Shown piece after piece: positions 19,247 through 28,425 of a stretch of 64,000 nucleotides of DNA. The position numbers were made by a program, and so were the translations under genes. Origin of the DNA: Candidatus Tectimicrobiota bacterium (GTDB lineage: Bacteria > JACPUC01); the NCBI GenBank assembly GCA_016192455.1, contig JACPUC010000008.1:186001-250000 (forward strand). Reading direction: 5' to 3'. A model generated the notes under the pieces. It was given only the letters and a program-made list of their open reading frames with translations, was not told the origin of the DNA and made no database searches. Within the stretch, counting starts at the first letter, position 1; each line of letters opens with the position of its first letter.

Positions 19247-20697
19247 TGCACGTCGTCATCCTGAACCCGCCGAACGTCGACGAGCATACCTACATCGCCC
19301 GCAGCGCCGACCGCTGGCCGCACCGGGTGGCCAAGGGCAGGCTTTTCCGCAACACCCTCTTCCCGAAGTACCCGCTCTACCTCACCTACGCCGCCGCCCT
19401 CCTCGAGCAGCACGGCTTCGAGGTCAGCATCATCGACGCCGCCGAGCGCAACTACTCGCACGCCGAGACCGTCGAGCGCATTGCGCGCTTAAGCCCGCGG
19501 CTCGTCGTCACGGAGATCGCCGAGCCCTCCCGCCTCACCGATCTGCAGACCGTGGCCGCCCTGCGCGCGGCGACGGGAGCCCATCAAACGCTCATCGGGC
19601 CGCACGCCACGGCCTTCGCCATGCCCCTCGTGCAGGAGTCCGCGGCCATCGACAGCATCTGCCGGGGGGAGTACTACGAGACCCTCCTCGACCTGGCCTG
19701 CACGCTGGATCGGGCCGCCCCCCTGGCGGCGGTGCGCGGCCTCACCTACCGGCAGGACGGGCAGCCCCGCTCCACCCCTGACCGGCCGCTCCTGAAGGAG
19801 ATCGACAAGCTCCCCTGGCCGGCGCGGCACCTCCTCGATCCGCACCGCTACCTCATGGGGCACTACACGTACAAACCACAGCTCCTGATGATGACGAGCA
19901 TCGGCTGCCCGTACCAGTGCATCTTCTGCATTTGGCCGAAGGTCCTCTACGACAGCGGCAAAGTGCGCTACCGGCACGCCGACGACGTCGCCGCCGAGGT
20001 CGAGGAGGTGGTGCAGCGCTGGGGGGCGCGCGAAATTTACTTCGATGACGACTGTTTCAACCTCAGCGAGCGGCGCGTCCTCGAGGTGTGCGACGCCATC
20101 CTCCGCCGCGGCGTCATCGTCCCCTGGATCACCGAGATGCGCTGCGACCGCGTCAGCGAGCGCATGCTCGAGCGCATGCGCGCCGCCGGCTGCATCAAGA
20201 TCCTCTACGGCGTGGAGTCGGGGAACCAGGAAATCCTCGACAACGCCAAGAAGGGCATCACCCTCGAACAGGTGCGCAGGACCTTCAAGCTGACGCGCCA
20301 GGCGGGCATCAGAACCCACGCCACCTTCATGCTCGGCCTGCCCGGCGAGACGCCGCAGACCATCGAGGCGACGATCAGCTTCGCCAAGGAGCTGGAGCCC
20401 GACACCATCCAGTGCTCCATCGCCCTCCCCTACACCGGCACGGAGTTCTACGACCTGGCGCGCGCCAACGGCACGTTGAAGGTGGACTCCTGGCTCGACT
20501 TCGACGGCGAGCTCTGCGGCGCCGTGGAGTATGCGGGGTTGTCGAAGGAGTACATCCGCGGCTCCGTAAATCGCTTCTACCGCACCTTCTACCTGCGGCC
20601 CGGGCATCTCGGGCGGCGCATCCTGAGCATCCGCACCTGGAGCGACATCGAGCGTTTCTGGCACTTCGCCAAGGGCTACCTGCGGCGCTTCTCGTAA
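19246..20697 (+). CDS. Cobalamin-binding-domain radical SAM protein, HpnJ-like
   Basis: ILNPP...RSADRWP...YPLYLTYAAALLE, IGCPYQCIFCIWP, YFDDDCF, GVESG, GLPGET; TGATG coupling to the upstream gene. Confidence 0.9.
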   Translation: MHVVILNPPNVDEHTYIARSADRWPHRVAKGRLFRNTLFPKYPLYLTYAAALLEQHGFEVSIIDAAERNYSHAETVERIARLSPRLVVTEIAEPSRLTDLQTVAALRAATGAHQTLIGPHATAFAMPLVQESAAIDSICRGEYYETLLDLACTLDRAAPLAAVRGLTYRQDGQPRSTPDRPLLKEIDKLPWPARHLLDPHRYLMGHYTYKPQLLMMTSIGCPYQCIFCIWPKVLYDSGKVRYRHADDVAAEVEEVVQRWGAREIYFDDDCFNLSERRVLEVCDAILRRGVIVPWITEMRCDRVSERMLERMRAAGCIKILYGVESGNQEILDNAKKGITLEQVRRTFKLTRQAGIRTHATFMLGLPGETPQTIEATISFAKELEPDTIQCSIALPYTGTEFYDLARANGTLKVDSWLDFDGELCGAVEYAGLSKEYIRGSVNRFYRTFYLRPGHLGRRILSIRTWSDIERFWHFAKGYLRRFS

Positions 20698-20754
20698 CGT
20701 CGCGGCGAGGTGGGTCGCGGCGGCAGTTCGCAAGCGGGATTGGAGAGAAGGAGC

Positions 20755-21936
20755 ATGGCCCCGTCGCCGCCCTTCGTGTCGTTCGTCGTCCCGACGTACA
20801 ACGCCGCGCGGCTGCTGCCCCGCTGCCTGGCGAGCATCCGCAAGCAGCGCTACCCGCGGCAGCGGTACGAGATCATCGTCGCGGACGGCCTCTCCGAGGA
20901 CGGCACGGCGGAGGTGGCCCGCGCCTTCGGAGCCACCGTCGTCTGGAACCACCGCCGCGACGCGCAGATCGGCAAGGCGTGCGGCATTGCAGCGGCGCGC
21001 GGGGAGTTCATCGCCCTCCTCGACGCCGACAATGAGATCGTCCAGGAAGACTGGCTGCCGCGCCTGCTCGAACCCCTGCTCCGTCACCCCCACGTCATGG
21101 GGGTGGAGTCGGACCTTCTGGTGCCGCCCGGCGATTACTTCATGAACCGCTATTGCGCGCTGTTGCGTCTCGAGGACCCGGTGGCCCGCTGCCTCGGCCT
21201 GCTGCGCCGGCAGGTCTCCGTGACGTGGCATGCCTCGACCCTGGCCCCGCCGGCCACGCGGAACGGTTCTCCTGCCGCGCGCTACGCCCTGCTGACGGTC
21301 AAGCCGGGGCGCGCGCCGGTATTCGGGGCGAACGGTTTCCTCTGGCGCCGGGAGGTCCTGCTTCAGGCGCCCGGCGTCGCTGCGAGCTTCGACGAAGCCG
21401 ATGCGGCGAACGCCCTGCTGCTGGCGGGACACCGCACCGTGGCCCTGGTTCCGGGCGTGGGCATTTACCACCACCACATCCGCTCCGTCGGCCAGTTCTG
21501 GCGAAAACGGCTGCGTACCGGCAGCGAGTTCCTGGCGCGCCGCCGCCGCAAGGGAGGCGGGCCGGAGCGCCTGTGGACCAGTCGCGCCGCGCGCCCGCGG
21601 CAGCTCTACGCGGTCCTGCAGCCGTTGACGCTCGTGGCGCCGCTCCTCGAGTCGCTCGACGGCCTGCGCCGCACGCGCGATCCGGCCTGGCTGGCGCACC
21701 TGCCGGTCGCCCTCGGCTCGCTGGCGATCTATGGCTTCTGCCTCCTCTTCACGGCCTTTACCGGCAGGGACCCGCAGGGCGTGCTCCAGCGCCTGCAGGC
21801 AGGCGGCTGTGACCGCCCGCCGTCAGCGAGCGGCGCGCCGGCGTCAACGCCGCCGGAGCCGTCCAATGTTCCACGTGGAACAATTGCCGCAACCCACGGC
21901 CGCCATTGGGGTTCGGCCACGGAGCTCGTCTCATGA
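20755..21936 (+). CDS. Glycosyltransferase family 2
   Basis: VSFVVPTYNA, IIVADGLSED, LLDADN; GAAGGAG RBS before ATG 20755. Confidence 0.88.
   Translation: MAPSPPFVSFVVPTYNAARLLPRCLASIRKQRYPRQRYEIIVADGLSEDGTAEVARAFGATVVWNHRRDAQIGKACGIAAARGEFIALLDADNEIVQEDWLPRLLEPLLRHPHVMGVESDLLVPPGDYFMNRYCALLRLEDPVARCLGLLRRQVSVTWHASTLAPPATRNGSPAARYALLTVKPGRAPVFGANGFLWRREVLLQAPGVAASFDEADAANALLLAGHRTVALVPGVGIYHHHIRSVGQFWRKRLRTGSEFLARRRRKGGGPERLWTSRAARPRQLYAVLQPLTLVAPLLESLDGLRRTRDPAWLAHLPVALGSLAIYGFCLLFTAFTGRDPQGVLQRLQAGGCDRPPSASGAPASTPPEPSNVPRGTIAATHGRHWGSATELVS
21867..21882. promoter_or_regulatory. parS centromere-like site
   Basis: Perfect 16-bp palindrome TGTTCCACGTGGAACA matching the conserved bacterial parS consensus. 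Confidence 0.8.
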
Positions 21937-22598
21937 TTGTCGGCATCATGGGCAATGACGGCACCGGCAAGACGACACTCGTTGAGGAACTGGCGCGGTG
22001 TTGCGAGGAGGCCGGCATCTCCGTCGTCATCCGCCGAGGCTTCGACCACCCGCTGCTGGCGGCGCTGCTGCGGCGATGCCCCTCGCAGCGGCTCTCCGAG
22101 GGCCGCCGACGCTACCTCGATCCAGGGGCGCCGCGGAGGTTCTGGATGCGGCTCTGGCCGTTCGCCGTCTGCCTGGAGTGCCTCATCGTGACCTGTTGGG
22201 AACGCCTCACCGCCAGGGACCGCCTCATCCTCTATGATCGCACACCGTTCGACCACCTGGTGAGCTTCGAGCACCTCGGATGCAGCAGCGCGATGGTGCG
22301 CCGCCTCTTCCTGCGCCTGCCGCGGCCACACCTCCTCATCCTCCTGGAGGCGCCGCCGCGGCTCGCCTGCCGCCGCAAAGGAGAAAACCCACGCCTGCAC
22401 CTCCCCTACCACCGCGCCCAGCAGCAGCGCTACGCGGAACTTGCCGCGGCGCTGCGCCTGCGGCCCCTGCCGACGGATCGCGACCAGGCCGCCGTCACCC
22501 TCGACGCCTGGCGCCGGATTGCGGCGCGCTGGCCTGCAACGTTTGGTTTCCTCCCACGCCCCGCGGCGGGGAATCTCTCCGGGAGCGTCCTTCTGTGA
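21933..22598 (+). CDS. Thymidylate-kinase-like P-loop NMP kinase
   Basis: GNDGTGKTT Walker A, ILYDR, LPRPHLLILLEAPP..ACRRK; ATGA overlap with the upstream gene. Confidence 0.75.
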   Translation: MIVGIMGNDGTGKTTLVEELARCCEEAGISVVIRRGFDHPLLAALLRRCPSQRLSEGRRRYLDPGAPRRFWMRLWPFAVCLECLIVTCWERLTARDRLILYDRTPFDHLVSFEHLGCSSAMVRRLFLRLPRPHLLILLEAPPRLACRRKGENPRLHLPYHRAQQQRYAELAAALRLRPLPTDRDQAAVTLDAWRRIAARWPATFGFLPRPAAGNLSGSVLL

Positions 22599-23806
22599 GC
22601 CACGCCCTACTCTCCCCGCCGAAGCAAGAGAACCCCAGCCATGCCGGCGCAGACACGACCAGCGGGGGCGCCGCCACCGGGCACGCCGCGCCGCTCTCCC
22701 CGACCGCGGCTCACTCCCGGCTGACGCTGCGCCAGCGGCTCGACAGGTGGCGGCGGTTCCTCAAGGTGGGGCTGCTCCAGGGAACGACGCTGGGCAAGCG
22801 CTGGCTGCGCCCGGAGCTGCTGAGCCTGACCGTGGAGCTCTGCCGCGCCTGCAACCTGCGCTGCACCTACTGCGCCATGCACGGCGAGGTCGCCGACCGA
22901 AATCGCATCCACCTCCCCTCGACCTACTTCCTCGATCCGGCGCTCCTGGAGACGATCCTGAAGGACCTCGATGCCGCCCGCACGAAGATCCCGCTCAACC
23001 TCAGCTACAGCGGCGAGGCGCTCCTGCACCCGCGTTTCGTGGAGATCATGAACCTGCTGGGGAGGCGCGGTCACGCGTCGATCTGCGGCTTCACCACGAA
23101 CGGCATGTTGCTCGACGAGGCGCGCAGCGCCGCCATCGTGCGCAACGGCATCGGCGAGGTCTGCATCAGCGTGGACGGCGACGGCGAGGGACATGAGCTG
23201 CGCCGACGGCGCTCCGCCTACTCGCGCATCATGGCGAACGTCCTGCGCCTCATCGAGCTGCGCGACGCGGCGGGGTCGTCGCGCCCGCGCGTCACCCTGA
23301 AGGCGGTCGCCGGCGGCTGCAGCAGCGCCGACTTCGAGGCATTCTTGCAAACCTATCTCCCCAAGGTGCAGCGCATCACGCTGATCCCCGAGATCCCCGT
23401 CCATCAGCAGGTGCGGCTCCCCTACCGCGGTCTTCCTTCCTGTTCCTTCCCGTTCACCTCCCTCACCGTTGCGTCGGACGGCGCGGTGGCTCTCTGCTGC
23501 TTCGACGTCGGCGGCATGGCGGTGCGCGATCTGCGCCTGAACGTCCGCGAGCGCGGCATCCTGGAGGTGTTCCACGGCCCCGAGATGACCGCCCTGCGGC
23601 GCGCCATGCTCGAACGCCGCGCCGACGCCCTGCCGCGGCTCTGCCGCGGCTGCACCGCCTACGACACCGTGGGCGCCTTCCGGCCGGGGCGGTACGCCCT
23701 CATCGAGCGCAGCTCCGAACGCACCGTCTACACCTCCGGCATGGCGACGACCTACCTGCCCGGACGGAGAGGGCTCTTCTCCACCTTGCTGGGGCGCTGG
23801 CGGTAG
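22595..23806 (+). CDS. Radical SAM protein with SPASM/twitch domain
   Basis: CNLRCTYC, GEALL, TTNGMLL, ISVDG, CSFPF...DGAVALCCFD...CRGC; GTG start overlapping the previous TGA. Confidence 0.88.
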   Translation: MSHALLSPPKQENPSHAGADTTSGGAATGHAAPLSPTAAHSRLTLRQRLDRWRRFLKVGLLQGTTLGKRWLRPELLSLTVELCRACNLRCTYCAMHGEVADRNRIHLPSTYFLDPALLETILKDLDAARTKIPLNLSYSGEALLHPRFVEIMNLLGRRGHASICGFTTNGMLLDEARSAAIVRNGIGEVCISVDGDGEGHELRRRRSAYSRIMANVLRLIELRDAAGSSRPRVTLKAVAGGCSSADFEAFLQTYLPKVQRITLIPEIPVHQQVRLPYRGLPSCSFPFTSLTVASDGAVALCCFDVGGMAVRDLRLNVRERGILEVFHGPEMTALRRAMLERRADALPRLCRGCTAYDTVGAFRPGRYALIERSSERTVYTSGMATTYLPGRRGLFSTLLGRWR

Positions 23807-23961
23807 GCCACACGGGAAAGAGCCCGGAACACCGCGGGGCTCGGCTTTCCGCGCCGGGAGATGTGTTCCCCAAGGCAAGAGATCGCGGCCCGGGGGAGGT
23901 GCGGCGCCGGGGCGTGCTGGCTGGCAAGGAATGCCGCGGGCGGGAAATCGTTACCGCTCGC

Positions 23962-24792
23962 TCAGGCCGCCGCCGGGCCGGCGTCGCTCGATTCAGGATG
24001 GCTCACGGGAGCGTGCGAGCCGCGGCGTTGAGCAAGCAAGGTGAGCTGCCGCGGCGGCAGGCGGCGCGCCGCAAGGGCATCGAACGCGCGCCACGTCCCG
24101 AAGGGCAGGAAGCTGAGAGCGTTCGATCCGAAGGCGAGGGCGCGATAGAGCCAGTAGCGTGCGGGCAGCTCAAGGAGCGTCAGGAAACGGTTGTTGGCGC
24201 AAGCGGCGACAACCTCCAGGCCGGCCTGCGCGAGCGTCTGCGTGAGGCTCTCCCAGGTGAACTTGTGGACGTGGAGCGGATTGAAGAAGCCGATGCGCCG
24301 CTCCCGGCAGTAGGGGTGGCGCGCCTCGTTCGTTGGGACCTGGACGACGAGGAGCCCGGCCGGCGCCAGCCAACCGCAGAGCTGCGAGATCATGCCCGCG
24401 GCATCGTCGAGGTGCTCGAGCACGTGGGCCATGATGATGAGGTCGAACCGGCCTTGCGGCCGCCGCACCTCGCCGAGCGACGCCGCCGCCTGGAAGGAGG
24501 CGACGCGGCGGCGCGACGCCATCGCCCCAGCATAGGCGCGCGCCGACTCGGCAACGTCCACGAGCGCGAGGTGCGCCCGTGGGAAGGTGAAGAGGAGCGT
24601 GGTAACACCAGCGCCGATCTCCAGGATATGCCGACCCTCCCACGCTCGTCGCTGCTGCGCCAGCAGGTGGCGGATCGTCGCCGTGTGCATGCGGCTGGCG
24701 AAGCTGAGCCGGGAGATGAGGGCGCGCCGCCGCCAGTAGGCGTCGAAGAAAACCCGATTCGATTCGCACACGGAATCCTGCAGGTTCCCCAA
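23962..24792 (-). CDS. Class I SAM-dependent methyltransferase (Methyltransf_23-like)
   Basis: ILEIGAG, FDLIIMAHVLEHL, LAPAGLLVVQVP, HVHKFT. Confidence 0.85.
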   Translation of the reverse strand: MGNLQDSVCESNRVFFDAYWRRRALISRLSFASRMHTATIRHLLAQQRRAWEGRHILEIGAGVTTLLFTFPRAHLALVDVAESARAYAGAMASRRRVASFQAAASLGEVRRPQGRFDLIIMAHVLEHLDDAAGMISQLCGWLAPAGLLVVQVPTNEARHPYCRERRIGFFNPLHVHKFTWESLTQTLAQAGLEVVAACANNRFLTLLELPARYWLYRALAFGSNALSFLPFGTWRAFDALAARRLPPRQLTLLAQRRGSHAPVSHPESSDAGPAAA

Positions 24793-25125
24793 CGGTCTGT
24801 TCCCCCGTATTCAACGATCGTGACGTTGCTCGCGTTGTGGAGAAGCAAGACCCATGCCCAGACGACCGCGCCCGAGGCGGTGCGCGCCGCGTGAGATGCG
24901 GGGCCGCCAGCCGCGCCGCCTCGAACGGTCGCCGGGGCGCCCTCAACCCCCGCGCGCTTCCATCCCGAGCCCTGCCCAAGCGACGCAGCAGACGCGCGCG
25001 TCTTGGCCGCTCATGGAACGAAGCTTGCACAGCGCAGAGGCGCGCCGCGTCGATGCCTGAAGGATTCCCCGCACGCTCGCGGCTGGCGCGCACACCCGTC
25101 CTTCTCTCACGCAGCGAGGCCGCGC

Positions 25126-27156
25126 ATGCCCTGGCTCTCCCTGACGCTCGTCCTTGGCGCCTCCTTGGCGCTCTGGCTGCCGTTCCTCTCGACGCCGCTG
25201 TTTCCCGACCAGGGGCTCTTCAACTACCAGGCGAGCCGCTGGCGGCGTGGCTTCCTCCCCTACCGCGACACGCCGACGAACCTCGGCATCGGTTTGCTGG
25301 CGATGGTGGCGCTCGCCCAAGTGCTGTCGCGCGGCGGGCTGCGCCGCTACAACGCCTGCGTGGCCCTCACCAGCACCGCCACGACGCTCTTCGTCTTCCT
25401 CATCGGGCGCGAGCTCGGCGGTCCGCAGCTCGCCGTCGCCGCGGCGCTCGCCTACGCCCTCTACGCCGTGGCCCCGTACCTGGAAGGTTACACGGGAAAC
25501 CAGGAGACCTTCATGAACCTGCCGCTGACGGCGGCGGTCTACCTCCTGCTGCGCGCCGGCAGCGGCGGCCCGGCGATGCTCGCGGCGCTGGCCGGCGCCG
25601 CCGGCGCATTGGCGGCCCTGGTCAAGCCGGTGGCGGCGTTCACGATCCTGCCGCTGCACGTCTGGGCCGTGACGGTCCTCAGCGGCGAAGCACTCCTGTG
25701 GCTGCTGGGCGGGGACATGCTGATGCTCGGCGGCTCCCTTGCCGGTCTGGTGGCCCGCGGCGCGTGGGAAGGGGTGCGGCGCCAGTTCCTGCGGGTGAAC
25801 CTGATCGGGCAGTTCCGCCATCAGTATGGGACGAAGCGCCGGCCCGGCATGCCCCAGGCGCTGCCGTCGCGCTGGCGGCTCTGCCTGCGGCCGCTGCTCC
25901 TGGCGCTTGCGCCGCTGCTCCTGCTGGGCTTGGCCGGCGCCCTCCAGCTCCTGGCGGCTGGTTCCCGCACGACGGGCGCGCTTCTTGCCCTCTGGCTGAT
26001 CGGCACGTTCGCCGGCGCCAGTTTCAAGTGGCGCTTCAATCACTACTACTTCGTACAGGTGGTGCCTCCCCTGGCGGTTCTCAGCGGCATCGCCGTGGAG
26101 GCGATCCGCAGCGGGCTGAGCAGCGGCGCCGGCACCGGCCTTACCACCGCGAGCACGGCCATCCTCGGCCTGGGCGCGGCCCTTGTGGCGGCGCTTGTCC
26201 TGAGCGGACGCCACTACCTGCCACAGCCGGCGCGCCGGCGCGCGGAGCGGCTCTACGGTACGGAGGATCCCCATGTCACCGAGGGATTCAGCGCCGCCGC
26301 CCTGGCGGAGCAGGTGGAGCGCTCCAGCGCCCCGCGCGAGCGCGTCCTCTGCGCCGGCTACTCGTGCGCCATCCCCTACCTGGCAGGGCGGGATGCCAGC
26401 TTCCACACCATGGCGCCGATCTTCCCCTTCGCCGCCACGACGAGCTACGTCGAGGAGCGTCAGCGCGAGCTGGCGGCGCAGCCGCCCCGCTTCATCGTGC
26501 ATGCCTCGCCGCGGTTCGACCTCAGCGCCTTCGAGGCCCAGACAAAGCTCGCCTATCGGCTGGTGGCGGGGCAGCCGGGGGTACGCCTCCTGCGCGCCGT
26601 GAGCCTCGATGCGAGCGCGGCGGCGGCATGGCGCGAGGGGGAAGCGCTCCTCACCCGGGACCGTCCCGCCGACGCAGCAGCGGCATTCCAGAAGGCGCTG
26701 CGGCACGATCCAGCCTGCGGCGAGGCTCGCAGGGGATCGGCTGTGGCGGCGCTTCGCCTGGGCCGGACCGACGAGGCTCTGGAGACGGCGCGCGGCGCGC
26801 TTGCCGGGATGGCTGATTGCACGCTTGCGGGCGAGCTCGCCTGCGTCGTGGGGGTCGGCCTCCTGGCTGAGGGGAAGATTGACGCGGCGCTGCCAAACCT
26901 GGAACGCGCCGCACGCCTCCTTCCCGCGATGCCGGAGCCGGCGCTCCAGCTCGCCGCGCTCTATCTGCAGCTCGACCGGCCGCGTGAGGCGCTCGAGAGA
27001 GCTGAGCAGCTCGCGGTCCAGATTTCCGCCCACGACTCCGACGCCGCCAATGCCGCGCGGAACCAGATCGAGCTGCTGCGGCAGAGGGCGCTGCACGCGC
27101 TCGGCGAGGCGGGGCGGGTGAGTTCCCCAGGCTCCTCCCACCCCTCTTCCACGTAA
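25126..27156 (+). CDS. Membrane glycosyltransferase (ArnT/PMT, GT39-like) with C-terminal TPR repeats
   Basis: PDQGLF...LPYRD, NQETFMNLP, ALVKP, FNHYYF, multiple TM helices, TPR-like tail. Confidence 0.72.
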   Translation: MPWLSLTLVLGASLALWLPFLSTPLFPDQGLFNYQASRWRRGFLPYRDTPTNLGIGLLAMVALAQVLSRGGLRRYNACVALTSTATTLFVFLIGRELGGPQLAVAAALAYALYAVAPYLEGYTGNQETFMNLPLTAAVYLLLRAGSGGPAMLAALAGAAGALAALVKPVAAFTILPLHVWAVTVLSGEALLWLLGGDMLMLGGSLAGLVARGAWEGVRRQFLRVNLIGQFRHQYGTKRRPGMPQALPSRWRLCLRPLLLALAPLLLLGLAGALQLLAAGSRTTGALLALWLIGTFAGASFKWRFNHYYFVQVVPPLAVLSGIAVEAIRSGLSSGAGTGLTTASTAILGLGAALVAALVLSGRHYLPQPARRRAERLYGTEDPHVTEGFSAAALAEQVERSSAPRERVLCAGYSCAIPYLAGRDASFHTMAPIFPFAATTSYVEERQRELAAQPPRFIVHASPRFDLSAFEAQTKLAYRLVAGQPGVRLLRAVSLDASAAAAWREGEALLTRDRPADAAAAFQKALRHDPACGEARRGSAVAALRLGRTDEALETARGALAGMADCTLAGELACVVGVGLLAEGKIDAALPNLERAARLLPAMPEPALQLAALYLQLDRPREALERAEQLAVQISAHDSDAANAARNQIELLRQRALHALGEAGRVSSPGSSHPSST

Positions 27157-27345
27157 CCGCGCTGATCGATCTTCTCCTCCCCCGCCCCAACCGCCGTTCG
27201 GGGCCCTCCACACCACCGCCGCTTACTCTGGCGGAAGAGCCGCGCTCCATCCTATCTTTGCAAACACGCGGACTTCCCGCCGGCGTAAGGGGCGGGGAGC
27301 GATCAAGGTTCGTGGGCGAGGCGCAGCGCGCGGGAGGCGGACAGG

Positions 27346-28425
27346 ATGCCGAAGCCGATCACCCTGATCACCGGAGCGCTTGGCGCCGGCAAGACGACGA
27401 CGATTCTGGGGCTGCTGGCGCGCCACCCGGAGTTTGCCACTGCCGTGCTCGTCAACGAGTTCGGCCAGATCGGCATCGATGCCGCCACCCTGAAGGGCGG
27501 GGGGCGCCAGCTCGGGGAGCTCCTGGTCCGCGAGGTTCCGGGAGGCTGCGTCTGCTGCGTGGCGGCGGCGGAGCTGGCGCGCGGCCTCGCCACCCTGCTG
27601 GCGGACCCCACCCTGGATCGCATCCTGGTCGAGCCAACGGGCCTGGCCAAGACCAGCCAGCTCGTTGACCTGCTGCGGCGGCGCCCCTTCGACACCCTGG
27701 CCGACCTGCAACCGATCATCACGCTTGTCGATGCCGGCAGGTTCGCCCGTTCGAGCTGGCAGGCGGTTCCCTACTTTCACGATCAGGTGGAAGCGGCCGA
27801 GGTGCTGGTGGTGAACCACTGCGACGCCGTCGACGAGGCGACCACCAGGCGCTGCCTGGAGATAGCGCGGGCGCTCTACCCCCCGAAGTGGCGGGTCATC
27901 GCCACCTCCTTCGGCCGCCTCCCCGATGAGGGCTTCGCGGCCGAGCCGACGGCGGAGCGACGCTGGGGCGGGCGCCTGTCCGCCGCGCAAATGGAGGCAG
28001 GCGACGCCCCCTCAGCCCATGCAGGCGAGTCGCCGGCGTCACCTTCCCGCACGGCTGCCCCGCATCCCCCTCAGCACGGGGCGGTCCTCCACGACCACGA
28101 AGCCTTCACGAGCGCGTCCTGGCTCTGGCCGCCGACCGCCCGCTTCAGCGCCGCGCGCCTTGACCTCCTCTTTGCGCGGTGGGGAGCGGACCGCGGCAGC
28201 CGCCGGCGGATTGAGCGAGCCAAGGGGGTGTTCGCTACTGAGCAGGGGTGGCTCCTCATGGAGCTTGCCGGCGGCCGCCCGCATCAACGGCCGACGCACC
28301 ATCGGCGCGACAGCCGCTGCACGATTATCCTGGCCGGGCAGGGAGAGGTCGCGAGGCGCGAGGCCCTCGAGGAGCGCCTCGGAACCGAGATCTCCTCCTG
28401 CCTCGTGACGGACCAGACCGGCTGA
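27346..28425 (+). CDS. CobW/COG0523 metal-chaperone GTPase
   Basis: ITGALGAGKTT, VLVNEFGQIGID, GGCVCC (CxCC), VEPTGLA, RAKG. Confidence 0.92.
   Translation: MPKPITLITGALGAGKTTTILGLLARHPEFATAVLVNEFGQIGIDAATLKGGGRQLGELLVREVPGGCVCCVAAAELARGLATLLADPTLDRILVEPTGLAKTSQLVDLLRRRPFDTLADLQPIITLVDAGRFARSSWQAVPYFHDQVEAAEVLVVNHCDAVDEATTRRCLEIARALYPPKWRVIATSFGRLPDEGFAAEPTAERRWGGRLSAAQMEAGDAPSAHAGESPASPSRTAAPHPPQHGAVLHDHEAFTSASWLWPPTARFSAARLDLLFARWGADRGSRRRIERAKGVFATEQGWLLMELAGGRPHQRPTHHRRDSRCTIILAGQGEVARREALEERLGTEISSCLVTDQTG

Noticed and set aside
13871-23806. RiPP maturation by the SPASM radical SAM proteins
   Set aside because: No RRE domain, peptidase transporter or credible precursor ORF; the context is glycosyltransferases. 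A very short precursor cannot be excluded.
16724-27216. Long antisense ORFs (16724-19210, 19489-21699, 24943-27216)
   Set aside because: Shadow frames of high-GC genes; Arg/Gly/Ala-rich with no motifs, while the opposite strand has clear family signatures.
27224-27250. ZTP (pfl) riboswitch-like CTGGCGGAA upstream of the CobW gene
   Set aside because: The downstream GCCTGGG pseudoknot partner is absent and the gene context does not fit.
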